NCBI RefSeq assembly: GCF_018350175.1
Contig: NC_058377.1
Location: 20,894,001 to 20,958,000 of the forward strand
Length of the DNA: 64,000 bases
DNA from: Felis catus
Lineage: Eukaryota
Direction of reading: 5' to 3'
Of the stretch, positions 11,431 to 24,649 are shown one piece after another. Position 1 is the first letter of the stretch. Each line of letters opens with the position of its first letter. The notes beneath the pieces are model-generated. The model had not been told where the DNA came from, made no database searches, and saw only the letters and a list, made by a program, of their open reading frames with translations. A program made the position numbers and the translations under genes.

Positions 11431-12670
11431 TTCATTTCATTATTGAGCTTTTGGATTTCCTCTTCTCTGAATTACTGTGTTTGACCATTTTTAAAATGAA
11501 TGATTTGTCTCTTTCTTATTGATTTGTAGTTCTTATATATTGGAAACTAATACTAACTGGTTGTGCCTTGGCTTTTAACCTTGTTTATGAGGTTTTTTTG
11601 CTTTACAGAGGTATTCAAATGAAATGTAATACAGTAGATCAAACTTTCCCTTTTAGTTGGTGCTTTATTGTGTCTTATTTAACAATTCCTTCCTTGCTCT
11701 CTTTACTCTTATTGGGAATAATCTCTGTGTATTATATAAGGTAAAGATCCAATTTTACCTACTTTCCATGTGGATAACTATCTATTCAGAATAATTTTAT
11801 GGCTTAATTCCTTATCTTACTGCGTTGTAACATAATCTCCTACATATACCAAATATACATAAAAGTCAGTCTGTTTCTGATCTCCATAGCTTATTCCATT
11901 GGTCTATTTTTATATCCCTGCATGGCACAACGATCTTAATTACTATGTAGAGAAAGAAAGTGTTGATGTTCGATATGCCCAAGTCCTTATTCTTGTTCAA
12001 AATTATCTTGACTTGTTCTTGCTCTTTGGTCTTCATATAAATAGCAAGATTAGCTTGTATAGTTCCAGAAAAATCCTACTTATGATTTGATTCAGAATCA
12101 TATTAATTTATTAACTAATTTGGGGATAATTAACAATGCTAATAATGTTTTTTCATCCAATGCCAAAATATGATACTATTTATTTAGGTCTCCTTTCACG
12201 TCCTTCAATAATGTTTTGTGATTTATTTTTTCCAGACAGATCTTTTTGTTAAGGTTGATTCATAGGTAACCTGCAGTTTTATGCTTTTCTGAATTGAAAT
12301 ATTTTATAACATTTTCTAGTTGCCTATTACTGGTGTCAAGTTGTTGATTTTTTGTCTCTAGAAACTTTACTGAATTCTTATTTTAGTACTTATAATTTTA
12401 CCTGTATGCTCTCTTAGGTTATCCTTGGAGGAAAACATATTGTCCGCAGAAAAGATGTTCACTTCATTCCAATACTTATATCACTTACTTCTTTTGTGTT
12501 GTCTTATTCATTGGCTCAGATCTCCAAGATAAGGTTGAATGGGAAAAAAGACAGTAAGCATCCTTTCTATGTTCCTTGTTTTAATAAGAATGCCTCCATA
12601 ATCCTAATAGTTGATATTATATGCACTGTAGAATTTGTCATATTTGCCTCATCAAATTAAAGGACTTCTT

Positions 12671-12892
12671 GGGGCACCTGGGTGGCTCAGTGGGTTAAGC
12701 ATCTGACTTCGGCTCAGGTCATGATCTCACGGTCCGTGAGTTCGAGCCCTGCGTCGGGCTCTGTGCTGACAGCTCAGAGCCTGGAGCCTGCTTCAAATTC
12801 TGTCTTCCTCTCTCTCTGCCCCTCCCCCGCTCATGCTCTGTCTCTCTCTGTCTCTCAAAAATGAGTAAGCATTAAAAAAATTTAAAAAAAAA
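12671..12892 (+). mobile_element. Can-SINE with TSD taaaggacttctt
   Basis: TSD at 12658-12670 / 12893-12905. Confidence 0.94.
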
Positions 12893-13644
12893 TAAAGGAC
12901 TTCTTGTATATCTAATTTGCAGAGTGAGTTTACCAAAAGTAAATGATTAATTTTATTGAAAATTTCTATGCGTCTATTGAGATCAGTTGATTTTTTTCCT
13001 ATTCCAAAAATAGGATGTATCTTTTATATAAATTATAATTTGTGAAAATTTTCTCTGTATTTTATTGTGAAATATTTTAAACATACAGAACAAAGTAGAA
13101 AGCAATGTGATAACCACTTATGTACCTATTGCCTAACTTTTTAAAACTTTAACGCTGTGCCCCATTTGTTTTAGATTGTTTTAAATTAAATTTGCAGACT
13201 CATCTGATGTGTCTGTACAAATTTTACCACACCAACTTTCCTCTCGTTTCTCATTATTAAACAGTTTGCACACCTGGGAAAAGTCCCGTTTAGTCATGTT
13301 TCTCTTAATAAATTGCTGAAATAAATTTTCTAATTATTTTAGAATTCTTGAATCTATGTAGGTCAAATTTGGCTATGATTTCTCTTCTCGTACTCTCTTT
13401 GCCCCCTTTATTTTATTTTCATGTGTTATTTTGTTTTGGTTTTGGAAGAACGTTTGAGTAACCTTTTTTGACATATGACACGCATATATACAAGTTCGCA
13501 AATGGTAAGCGTATAGCTCTTTAAATGTTCACAAAGAGAACACACCTGTGTAATGAACACTCAAGTAAAGAAACAGAATCTGAACAGCACTCTAGAAGTC
13601 TCCCTCATGCCATTTGAATATAATATTTCATATTATTGTTGTAA

Positions 13645-13881
13645 ATTTTTATTATGAATATATTATATGTATTTAAAGTTTATTTATTTATTTTGAGAGA
13701 GAGAGAGAGCATGCTAGAGCATGAGCAGAGAAGTGGCAGAGAGAGAAGAGAAAGAATCCCAAGCAGGTTCCACAATGTCAGCACAGAGCCCAATGTGGGG
13801 CCCAGACTCATGAACCGTGATCATGACCTGAGCTGAAATCAACAGTCAGATGCTTAACCAACTGAGCCACCCAGGTGCCCC
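13645..13881 (-). mobile_element. Can-SINE
   Basis: Reverse head ccaggtgcccc. Confidence 0.9.
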
Positions 13882-13892
13882 TCGTGGTAGTG

Positions 13893-14098
13893 TTTTTCCT
13901 TTTTAATGCTTATTCATTTTTGAGAGACAGAGAGACAGAGCACGAGTGGGGGGAGGGGCAGAGAGAGAGGGAGACTCAGAATCTGGAGCAGGATCCAGGC
14001 TCTGAGCTGTCAGATGCACGGCTCAAACTCATGAGATCATGAGATAATGACCTGAGCCGAAGTCAGATGCTTAGCTGACTCAGCCACCCAGGTGCCCC
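13893..14098 (-). mobile_element. Can-SINE (tandem with previous)
   Basis: Reverse head ccaggtgcccc. Confidence 0.9.
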
Positions 14099-14099
14099 T

Positions 14100-15183
14100 G
14101 CCCTTCATTGTAGTTTTGATTTGTATATCGCTAATGATAAGTGATGATGAACATCTGTCCATGTGTCTGCTGGCTGTCGGTATGTCTTCTTTGGAGAAAT
14201 GTCTGTTGATGTCTTCTGCCCATTTTCTAATAGGATTATTTGTTTTTGGGGTGTTGAGTTTTATAAGTTCTTCATAGTTTTTGGATAGTAACCCTGTATC
14301 AGATATGTCATTTGCAAATATCTTCCTCCCATTCTATAGGTTGCCTTTAGTTTTGTTGATTATTTCCTTTGCTGTGCAGCAGTTTATTTATTTTGTCCCA
14401 ATAGTTTATTTTTGCTTTTGTTTCCCTTGCCTCAGGAGACATATCTAGAGAGAAGTGGCTGAAGCCCATGTCAAAGAAGTTATTGCCTGTGTTCTCTTCT
14501 AGGATTTTTGTGGTCTCATGTCTCACAGTTAGGTCTTTAACCCATTTTGAATTTATTTTTGTGTGTGGTGTGGATAGATAGATAAAGATAGAAAGTGGTA
14601 TAGTTTCATTCTTTTGCATCTTCCTGTCCAGTTTTCCCAACACCATTTGCTGAAGAAACTTCTTCCTGTTAAATATTCTTTCCTGCTTTATCGAAGATTA
14701 ATTGATCATATAATTGTGGGTTTATTTCTGCATTTTTTATCCTGTTCTCTTGATTGATGTTCCTTTTTGTGCCAGCACCACATTATTTTGATAACTACAG
14801 CTTTGTAACGTAACTTGAAGTCCCTAATTGTCATGCCTCCAGCTTTGCTTTTCTTTTTCAAGATTGCTTTGGCTGGTTGGGGTCTTTTGTGGTTCCATAC
14901 AAATTTTAGGATTCTTTGTTCTAGTTCTGTGAAGAATTCTGTTAGTATTATGATAGGGATTGCATTAAATGTGTAGATTGCTTTGGGTAGTATAACATTT
15001 CAACAATATCTGTTCTTCCTATCCATAAGCATGTAATGTCTTTCCATCCTGGGTATCTTATTATTTTGGGTGCAAGTGTAAACAGGATTATTTTTTAAAT
15101 TTCTCTTTCTGCTGCTTTATTATTGGTGTACAGAAATGAGGCAGATTTCTGCACAGTTGGTTTTGTATCTTACTGAATTCATT
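14100..15183 (-). mobile_element. L1 ORF2 segment, antisense (inverted 5' part)
   Basis: Minus-strand ORF2 remnants ([25 protein letters not shown] in ORF 14347-14646). Confidence 0.9.
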
Positions 15184-15680
15184 TGTTACAATAGTCAAGA
15201 TATGGAAGCAGCCCAAGTGTCCACTGATTGATGAGTGGATAAAGAAGATGTACATACAATGCAATGTTATGCAACCATAAAAAAGAATGATATCTTGCCA
15301 TTTGCAATGTCATGGATAGAGCTAGAAAGTATGCTAAGCCAAATAAGTCAGTCAGAGAAAGACAAATACCATACGATTTCACCCATCTGTGGAGTTTAAG
15401 AAATAAAACACACAAGCAAAGGGGGGAAAATAAGAAAGAGAGACAAATCAAGAAACAGACTTTTAATTATAAAGAGCAAACTTGATGGTTACCAGAGGGG
15501 ATGTGGGTAGGCAGATGGGTAAAATAAGTGATGTGTATTAAAGAGTGCACCTGTTGTGATGAGCACTGGGTGATGTATGGAAGTGTTGAATTACTACACT
15601 GTACAACTGAAACTAATATAATACTGTGTATTAACTGACTGGAATTAAAATAAAACCTTAAAAAATAAAAGTAATAAATA
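15184..15680 (+). mobile_element. Carnivore L1 3' end, sense
   Basis: caatagtcaagatatggaagcagcccaagtgtcc...aactggaattaaaataaaa tail. Confidence 0.9.
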
Positions 15681-16466
15681 TATAAGAGGGGAAACTAGCC
15701 TCATGAGATATCAAAACAGACTCTAAGCCTTTATATTTAGAAAGTGTGATACTGACTTGAACAGGTAAGAAGACTAGCTAAATAGAATAGAAATTCTAGA
15801 AATAGACCAAAGTACATGCAAAGGTTAATATATGATAAAGATAGAATCTCAAATAATTAGGGCAAATCTGGAATTTTTAGTACATAGTGTTGGGACAACT
15901 AGTTATGTCTTTGGAAAAACATAAAATTAGATTTAAAATTAGACTTCATATCATTTATAAGGATAACTAAATGTAAGAAATAAAAATGTACAAGCATCAG
16001 ATGAAAAGAGGTGATTTTTCTTTAAGATGGATTTATGGAATATTTTTCAACTATAACTCAAAATTTACATGCAATAGAAGAATAGATTGACATATGTGAC
16101 TCAATAAAAGCAAAAAAAAATTTTTGCATTAGAAAACACCATAAACAAAACAAAATATTTACAACATATATCACAGAAAAAGTGATAATCTCCCCAATAT
16201 ATAAAGAATTCTTAAAATTTGGAAAAAAATGTTCAAAACGTAGAAGAAGAGTGGGAAAACATATGAAAAAAAATTCACAAAGATATTCCAAAATAGTTCC
16301 TGATGTTCAATCTTACTAATGATAGAGGAAATGAAAATGAAAACCATAATGAAATACCATTTTACATATATCATTAAGTTAAAGAAAATTATTTTTCAAA
16401 ATTAGATACAACCCTAGTAAACACTTTTGGTCAATTTCATAAAAAGCATCAAAAAGTAATTTTCCA

Positions 16467-16672
16467 GGGGGCCTGGGTGACTCAATCGGTTAAGCATCCA
16501 ACTTTGGCTCAGGTCATGATCTCACAGTTTGTGAGTTCGAGTCCTGTGACGGGCTCTGTGCTGACAGCCCAGAGCCTGGAGTTTGCTTTGGATTCTGTGT
16601 CCTTCTCTGTGCCCCTACCCTGCTTGCACTCTGTCTTTCTCTCTCTAAAAAATAAGTAAGCATTAAAAAAAA
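16467..16672 (+). mobile_element. Can-SINE
   Basis: Flanking repeat aagtaattttccag. Confidence 0.92.
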
Positions 16673-16978
16673 CCAAGTAATTTTCCAGAATCCAGGAAAA
16701 CTTGAGATAGTCCCCAATTCATTAGATGTTATCTGGATATCAAGACCTACCAAGACAGCATGAAATGTAGTCTTTAGACTGATTTCACCACTGGATACAT
16801 ATGTAAAAGTCCTAACATTAATACCAACAAACAAAAACAACAGCACCTTAAAGTTTCACCCAGAAATTTTAGAATCTATTTATACTAAAAACTGTACATA
16901 AATTCATTTCATGTAAACTGATCCAATTATAAATATTGATAACCTCAATAAAATAAAGCAACCATCAAAAAAATTTCA

Positions 16979-17195
16979 GGGGCGCCTGGGTGGCTCAGTC
17001 AGTTAAGCATCTGACTTCAACTCAGGTCATGATCTTGGGGCTTGTGAGTTCAAGCCTCGCGTCAGGCTCTGTGCTGACAGCTCAGAGCCTGGAGCCTGCT
17101 TCTGATTCTGACTCCCTCTCTCTCTATTCCTCCCCTGTTCACGCTCTGTTTCTCCCTCTCTCAAAAATAAATAAACGTTAAAAATATTTTAAAAC
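16979..17195 (+). mobile_element. Can-SINE
   Basis: ggggcgcctgggtggctcagtc head. Confidence 0.92.
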
Positions 17196-17730
17196 ATTTC
17201 AAAATATTTAGTAATCTAGTAATAAAGTGATCTTCCCTCACAAGGAAAAATAAAAATCATAGGCATTAAAATAAGAGAAAGAAGACAAAGATTTTTGCTC
17301 TCACCATTACCTAATATCTTTCTGGATTTATCGCTAAATTCAAATCAGTGAAATATACATAAATGTATTAGTTTAAAAGCAAGTAAAGCTAGGATATTCT
17401 GGTATGAGAATTGATAAGACTTTTCAATGAAATAAAATCAAATGTTGAAACAAATCTTGATACATATAAAAAAACTTAGTGTATGACAAAAAGTATATCA
17501 CAAACCAATAGCAAAGGTATAAGTTACATAAAAAATAGAGTTTGGAAATTTAGCTTCTTAGAAAAACATTAATGCTTCACTTAAACTTCCAGACTATAGA
17601 TTTAAATGGAAAATAAATAAAGGAACAAAACTGAATAAAATCCAGGTAATCTAGGATGCATATTAACAGGGAAAGGCCTTTCTAAACATAAAAAACAAAT
17701 TATGAAATAATATTTAAAGCACAAAAAAGT

Positions 17731-17945
17731 GGGGGCACCTGGGTGGCCCAGTGGGTTAAGCATCTGACTATTTTGGCTCAGGTCATGATCTCATGGTTCA
17801 TGAGATTGAGCCCTGCATGGAACTCTGTGCTGACAGCACAGAGCCTGCTTGGAATTCTCTCTCTCCTTCTCTCTCTGTCCCTCCCCTGGTTGCACGTGCT
17901 CTCTCTCTCTCAAAATAAATAAATAAACATTAAAAAAAAATTTAA
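17731..17945 (+). mobile_element. Can-SINE
   Basis: Head, (CT)n and tail. Confidence 0.92.
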
Positions 17946-19367
17946 ATCAGGGGGTCTTGACCATTGAATAGTCAAGAACATAATAGTTTATATAAATTAT
18001 AAACACATATAAACATATATTTAAATATATACATGCCTAGTTACATATAAATATTCATGCACATGAATATGTAAATGTGTGTTTATTTATATGTAAATAC
18101 AGCTTCTCTTCTTAAAATAGCACAAAAATAAGAAAAAGTATACAAAAACAACGCATGGGAAGTCTGGGAAAGGAACAGAAAAAATAGTAATATCAATATG
18201 AAAGTCTTGGAAGAATTTTGAAATGACAAAAGAAATAGTATGCTCAATAATAATTTAAAAATATATTAAAATTATATTTTTAGAAATTCTATTGAATATG
18301 ATGTAAAAATTGATAATATCTCCTAGTGGCAAGAAAGTGATGAGCTTGTATATCTCACCTAACTGAATTGAAATAAATTTTCTGGAAATCAGTATACAGC
18401 AAGCATTCAGTGGACTTTGCATATCTCTGAAGAATATGTTCTAAGTTGTCTACAAATTTGAGGATTTTGTGCAGTATATGATTTTCCTCATGAACATGCA
18501 TAAATATTATCAAATATACAAATGGTCTTTTAAATCTTTAACAAGAATAATTGTGCAAAAACTAGTTGGTAGAGGATAATAAAGTCTGATTAAGGTATTG
18601 GTTCAAGGTAGTTGTCTGAACTCTTTCTTTTTCGGTGAACTTTGTCATTGGTTTATTTTTTTGCATTTAAATCTTTGATCTGTATAGTAATTTGGCATGG
18701 CTGTAAAATAAGATGCAAGAGAAAGATGGGAAAAGAGAATTTGCAAACAAATAATTACAAATTTAATCTTTGAATTACGGGGCTGTGAGGTGATATAGAA
18801 ACATCTCCAAACTAGAGGGAGAGCAGTTAATTTATCCTACAGGGATGGTTTACTCAAGTCATTGCCCTTCCCATGGTCTGGTCCTTTATGTGGTCCCCTG
18901 TGACTTTTGGCTTGGGAGAGCACCTGGCAGGTTTGCTTACCTAACGCCTGGTATTTTATGTCTTGCTCTGTCAATAATCCCTTTGCTCTAAAACTAGCAA
19001 CTTCTGTTCCCCAAAGCCCTCTCAAAGGCCTGATGGAATCTTGGCAGTATTAAATATTTTGGCCTGAATTTATAAATCGATCATTGGGATATCTTAAGTG
19101 GGAAGCTCCAGGTAAGTGAGCCACAGCTATTTCATGTATTTCTTGGGCTTTTTCTCATTCTTTAGGGATATTCAAGCCTGAAATTATCCACTGGAGAAAC
19201 ACGGAACAGAATTTAGTCGTTGAGAACTTAGCAAGTCATTTTCTTTCTCTGTCCCTCAAGTCTAACTGAATGACCTTGTATTAAAATCTAAGACCATTTT
19301 CTTGCTATGGTCTCTCCACTTTTAGGAGGAGGAATAAGATTTATGATTAGACTAAGTAGTTCCTTTC

Positions 19368-19576
19368 TGTTGTTGTTGTTGTTGTTGTAGTTTATTGATT
19401 TTGAGACAGAGAAAACATGAGCTGGGGGAAGGGCAGAGAGAGAGGGAGGGAGAGAGAGAATCCCAAATAAGTTCCACACTGTGAGCACGGAACTGGATGT
19501 GGGGCTGGAACCCATGAACCGTGGGATCATGACCTGAGGCAAGCTGTAGTCAGACGCTGAACCGACTGAGCCATCC
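19368..19576 (-). mobile_element. Can-SINE with (TTG)n tail
   Basis: Flanking repeat agtagttccttt. Confidence 0.9.
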
Positions 19577-19707
19577 AGTAGTTCCTTTTTAATCAGCAAC
19601 ACATGTTGACTTAAATAGAGTAACTGAACAAAAAGTTCACGCATTCGTGATTCTCTTAGCCAGGGAAAATTCACAAGCTTTAAGTCATTATTTAATTTGA
19701 ATGTTCA

Positions 19708-19922
19708 GGGGTGTCTGGGTGGCTCAGTTGGTTAAGCATTGGACTCTTGATTTAGGCTCAGGTGATGATCTCACAGTTTGTGTGTTTGAGCCCCACATCA
19801 GGCTCTGTGCTGGCTTCATGGAGCCTGCCTGTGATCCTCTCTTCCTCTCTCTCTCTGCCCCTCCCCTGCTTGTGCTCTCTCTCTCTCTTTCAAAGTAAAT
19901 AAATAAACTTAAAAAAAAAATA
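19708..19922 (+). mobile_element. Can-SINE
   Basis: Flanking repeat ttgaatgttca. Confidence 0.92.
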
Positions 19923-20700
19923 AATTGAATGTTCAAATGCCACAGCTGGGCAGCAATAAGCCTACGTTTGATTCCCCCATCCCCCTGCTCATAAACTCTA
20001 AAACAGGAACTCTTTAACCTGACATTTACCTTTTCCAATATTATCTCTTATCACTATTTCTATTTTAAGTTAGACATTTTCACTTTACTCAGACATTCCT
20101 TCCACTGTCACATCTCTACATATTTTCTCCATCTGTCCCTTTACCTCTGAAGTGTATCATTTCTGTTCTACCCTATTTCGGTCACTTAAAAATCCTTTCC
20201 GAATTTCAAGACCTAGCTACCATTTACTTACATGCAAGATAGTGCTATCTAGCAGTCTTCCACTAGGCTTTGGGCTAAAAGCTTTCTGTATGTTATCTGA
20301 CTTCACACTTAACCCGATCCTACAGGGTAAGTGTTATGATGTTCATTTTACACTATAGAAAAGTACAAGGTAGGCATCGTTGCTCCCATTATACAGATTA
20401 GACTCAGAACAAGGGACTTTGCCCAGGTGTTCACAGTTAATGGGCACCAAAGCAAGGGTCATTACAGATGGTGCTGGATACCTGCTATCTCCTCTGTCAA
20501 AAGTTGATGGTATAGTGTTGGCAAATGTTAGTTACTGAGCACCTGCAGAGATCCCAAAATGAATGAAACATACTCTTGTCCTTGAGGAGTCACAGTTCTT
20601 TGGTCCTCCAAGGAGAAGGGATATTTTCCTCCCAATAAGGCTAGATCTATAATCTTTTGGAGACATTTATCACATTTGAAATTTATTCTTTGATTTAAAA

Positions 20701-20807
20701 CATTTTTTTTATTTTTTAGATAAATTCTACACAACACGTGGGGCTCAAACTTATGACTCTGAGATCAAGAGTCACATGCTGTATTGACTGAGCCAGCGAG
20801 GTGCCCC
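20701..20807 (-). mobile_element. Short Can-SINE variant lacking the (CT)n block
   Basis: tRNA-like head in reverse; flanking repeat aaatttattct. Confidence 0.8.
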
Positions 20808-21299
20808 AAATTTATTCTCAATTTATATCTTATTTTCAATTCACAAAGTGGTTATTTCCTTGTCTTTCCATCTAAAATAATATACATAACTTGCACACTA
20901 TAATAAACAACTGAACCATTACGTTTTAGTTGCTGGCTCTCTCTGCTTCAAACAAAACATTCTGAGAACAAATCATCACCGAATCGGATGGAATAGAAAA
21001 TTCTCACATGTATGTATAGAATTGTACCTAACAATGTGTGTTGAAGAAAAGCCTCCCGTGCCAGTCAAAAATCTGAAATCTACCTTGACATTTCTAGTTA
21101 TAAAATTTATTACAGTGAAGATCCCATAGAATCTAAGGAAAGGTTTCAGATATGATGAATTAGAGTAAAATCTTCTCCATCCTGTCCTATATGTAATAGT
21201 AAATCTGCTTAAAATCAGTTTGGGGAAAAAAATCTTACCTTATTTAGGACATTAATCATATCTTGTTTCTGTAGATACAATACTTACGATGCCTCAGTG

Positions 21300-21435
21300 A
21301 GGCAAACTGAGTATACTTTTTACCATTTTCATTGTACTGACAAGAAAACTCAAGTTGAGAGAGGTTAAGAAACTTTCCCAAGATCACATACATATATAAG
21401 CAAGAAAGTAGAACTAGAAGCCAGGCTCTCTGATA
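21300..21435 (+). mobile_element. MIR
   Basis: gaaaactcaagttgagagaggttaagaaactttcccaagatcaca core. Confidence 0.7.
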
Positions 21436-21762
21436 CAGTTTGCACAGGAATACGGGCTTTTGTCAGGCTCTTTACAGGACCTTGGATTCAAACTAGCTTA
21501 TTCTCCGTTGGTCCAGGCAGAATGTCTCTAATTCTTCAAGATTTTGTGGCTGATCTTACAAAGTGTTTTGTATCAGGAACAAGATTTTTCGCAGTCATTG
21601 CTTACAATTTCCTAAATAACTATTTGGTGTCAGGGAGATATTGATAGGGAATTTGAAAGCAGCACCATATCATTGTAATACAATTAGCTTTGAAGGTTAT
21701 TGCTCGATTTTCATACATGTCGTTGATCAAGTTCATTTTGAGGTCAAAATAGGGCTTTATCC

Positions 21763-22012
21763 TCTTTCTTTCTTTCTTTCTTTCTCTCTCTCTTTCTTTC
21801 TTTCTCTTTGTTTTGCTTTTTTTCTTTTAAGAGACAGAGAGTATGTGAGAGGTAGAGGGAGAGAGAGAATCTTAAGCAGACTCTGCCCAGTGCAGAGCAG
21901 ACAGGGGGCTCCTATCTCACAACTCTGAGTTCATGACCTGAGCCAAAAGGTCATGACCTGAGCCAAAGGTTATTGTTTTAGATGTTTAACTGACTGGGCC
22001 ACTCAGGCACCT
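21763..22012 (-). mobile_element. Can-SINE with internal 20-bp tandem duplication
   Basis: tcatgacctgagccaaa(a)gg occurs twice. Confidence 0.88.
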
Positions 22013-22030
22013 CATCTTTCTTTGTTTTAA

Positions 22031-22467
22031 CAGTGTTGTTCAGTGGGGTGCCTGGGTGGCTCAGTCGGTTGAGTGTCCGACTTCGGCTCAGGTCATGATC
22101 TCACGGTTCGGTTCGTGAGTTTGAGCCCTGCGTCGTGCTCTGTGCTGACAGCTTGGGGCCTGGAGCCTGCTTCAGATTCTGTGTCTCCCTCCCTCTCTGC
22201 TCCTCCCCTGCTCACACTCTGTCTCTCTCTCAAAAATAAAGATTAAAAAAAAATCTTTTTTAAGTGCTGTTCAGTAGAACTTTCTGTGATGATAGAACCA
22301 TTCTGTATCTGTGCTGTTCAGTATGGTGGCCCCTAGCCACATGGAGCTATTGACAGTGCTTGAAATGTGTCTAGTGCATCTTAAAAACTGATCTTTCAAT
22401 TTAATTTTAATTAATTTAATTTTAAATTGTCACATGCGGCCAAGGGCTCCTGTATCGGGCAGCACAT
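22031..22467 (+). mobile_element. MER3 (hAT-Charlie) DNA transposon, split by a SINE at 22045
   Basis: gttcagtagaactttctgtgatgatagaa...tagccacatggagctattg...gggcagcac matches recalled MER3 layout. Confidence 0.8.
22045..22262 (+). mobile_element. Can-SINE inserted in MER3
   Basis: TSD agtg(t/c)tgttcagt at 22032-22044 / 22263-22275. Confidence 0.93.
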
Positions 22468-23410
22468 ATTTAGAAGATTATCCTCATTGGAGCTGAACTG
22501 TTTCAGAAAGGTGGGGATTTGAGTAGATAGTAAAAAGCCTCCCAACTAATTTTTTTCTAGTTTTTCCCTATATCCTCCATTTTCTGGTGTTTCATTTTAC
22601 TTTTTTAATTATAACATTTCCTTTAACTTTTCTTCAGGTGTTATTGAAATACGTTTACTACAAATCATATAATAGAGAGCACAGTTTTCTATAAAGTAGG
22701 CACTCAGTTGGTTGGATATAGTATTATCTTTAGACTCAGGCCACAGGGACTCTTGCCCAGACCACTTATCTTCACAGGGACAAGGCATCAGAGGGACCAC
22801 GGTAAAGTGCCTGTGAGTAAATCCTAGAATCTACTATTTTTCCAAGAAATCTTGGTTCCTCTTATTAGAGACTGCATTAGAAACCAAGGTCCGAGTGCTA
22901 TGTGTTTTTACTACTGGGACCGAGCAAGGGAATATAAGAGTGTTTACTTATCCATGTAGGTACATATGTCTATAAATATTTCAATATGTAACCATCTGTA
23001 TCTTTATTAAGATAAACACGAGATCCTACTGGTGACTCCAACTCTAGTCCATTACGACATGGGTCATTCTAGCCTTTTTTTTTTCTTGTTTACACTTTCC
23101 CAACAGTGAGAAACCTGACACTTTACCATAGCCATTCACTTAATTGTTCAATTCCTGTATACATGTAGAGTGGAGCCAGAATTGTTATCCTATAGCTCCA
23201 GGGAAAACTACTTTATAACCTACAGTGCAATGCCTTTGTATAGTTACCTGCTTTTTAGTGTTACTGACTGAACTCATTTCCAAAATTACTTAGGTCAGTT
23301 CCTTTGTCCCTCCCCCTCCTCAGCGAGGTTGTTTCATATATTTGTAATACAATTAGATTGTTTTGTAACATTGTGCATTTCATCCTGGGATCTCATGACC
23401 TGTTAAATGA

Positions 23411-23588
23411 TTTTTTTTTTGAATGTTTATTTATATTTGAGAGACTGCAAGCAGGGGAGGGGCAGAGAGAGGGCGACAGAGGATCAAAGTGGGCTCTGTG
23501 CTGACAGCAGGGAGCCTGATGTGTGGGGCTTGAACTCATGAACTGTGTGATCATGACCAGAGCCAAAGCCGGCTCAACCAGGTGCCTC
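23411..23588 (-). mobile_element. Can-SINE
   Basis: Reverse body and tail. Confidence 0.88.
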
Positions 23589-24649
23589 TCCCCTACAGTG
23601 ATTTAAAAAAAACATTTGCATACATTAAAAAATATTCACATACATTAAGGTTCAATTTTTGTAATGTGAAAGTCTATGGGTTTTAACAAATGCAGAGTGT
23701 CCCGTATCCATCCTTACAGTATGAAACAGTGGTTTCACTGCCCTAAATACCCACCTTGTGCTTTACCTATTGAACATTCTTTTTCCATAAACATGATAAC
23801 CACTGAGCATCTTATCATCTCTATTTACATTTTTACCTTTTCCAGAATATCATATAATTGGAATCATATTCTCTGGCTTTTTCAGACTAACTTTTTTCAC
23901 TTAATAATACGCACTTAAGATTCATCCATGTTTTTTGTTTGTGTTTCATTTTTGTGTGTGTGGTTTGACAGCTCATTTCATTTTATCACTGAATAATATT
24001 CCATCATACAGATGTACCCCCGTGTGTTTATCTATTCATCTATTGAAGGACATCTCGTTTGCTTCCAGATTTTGGTGATGATGAATACATCTGCTATAGA
24101 CATTTACGCAAAGGTTTTTGTGTGGGCGTAAGTTTTCTAACCAGTTTGATAAATACCTAAGAGTGCGACCCTTGAATTGAATGGCAAGACAATGTTTGGC
24201 TTGGGAAGAAAATGCCAAACCGTCTTCCAAAGTAGCTGTATCCTTTTTGCATTCCCACCAGCAATGAATGAGAGTTCCTGTGGCTGTCATAACCAGCAAC
24301 TGATATTGTCAGCTAAAAAAAAAAAAATTGTAGTCATTTTAACAGGTGTATTAGGTATGTTTTTTCATTGCTATTTTAGTTTGTAATTTCTTAATGACAA
24401 ATGATGTTTAGCATCCTTTAATATGCTTATTTGCCATCCAGAGATCTTCTTTGGTGAGATATCTGTTCAGATCTTTTACTCATGTAATTGGATTGTTTGC
24501 TTTCTTGCTGTTGAGGTGTGAGGTCTTTGTATATTTTGGGTTAGAATCTTTTACCAGATATATTTTGCAAATATTTTATCCCAGTTGGAGCTTACCTTTT
24601 GATTTTCTTCATAGTGTCTTTTGCAGAACAGAGCCTTTAATTGTTTTTA

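Larger units (their letters stand above)
10270..13300 (-). mobile_element. Old L1M (antisense), decayed, interrupted by SINEs and the inverted insert
   Basis: ttacacttctgccagcaatgtatg..., gtagattgct/ttccag-type ORF2 antisense remnants. Confidence 0.7.
15690..18560 (+). mobile_element. Old L1M ORF2/3' debris with nested SINEs
   Basis: A-rich ORF2-like remnants (aatagaatagaaattctagaaatagacc, tagtgttgggacaact). Confidence 0.6.
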
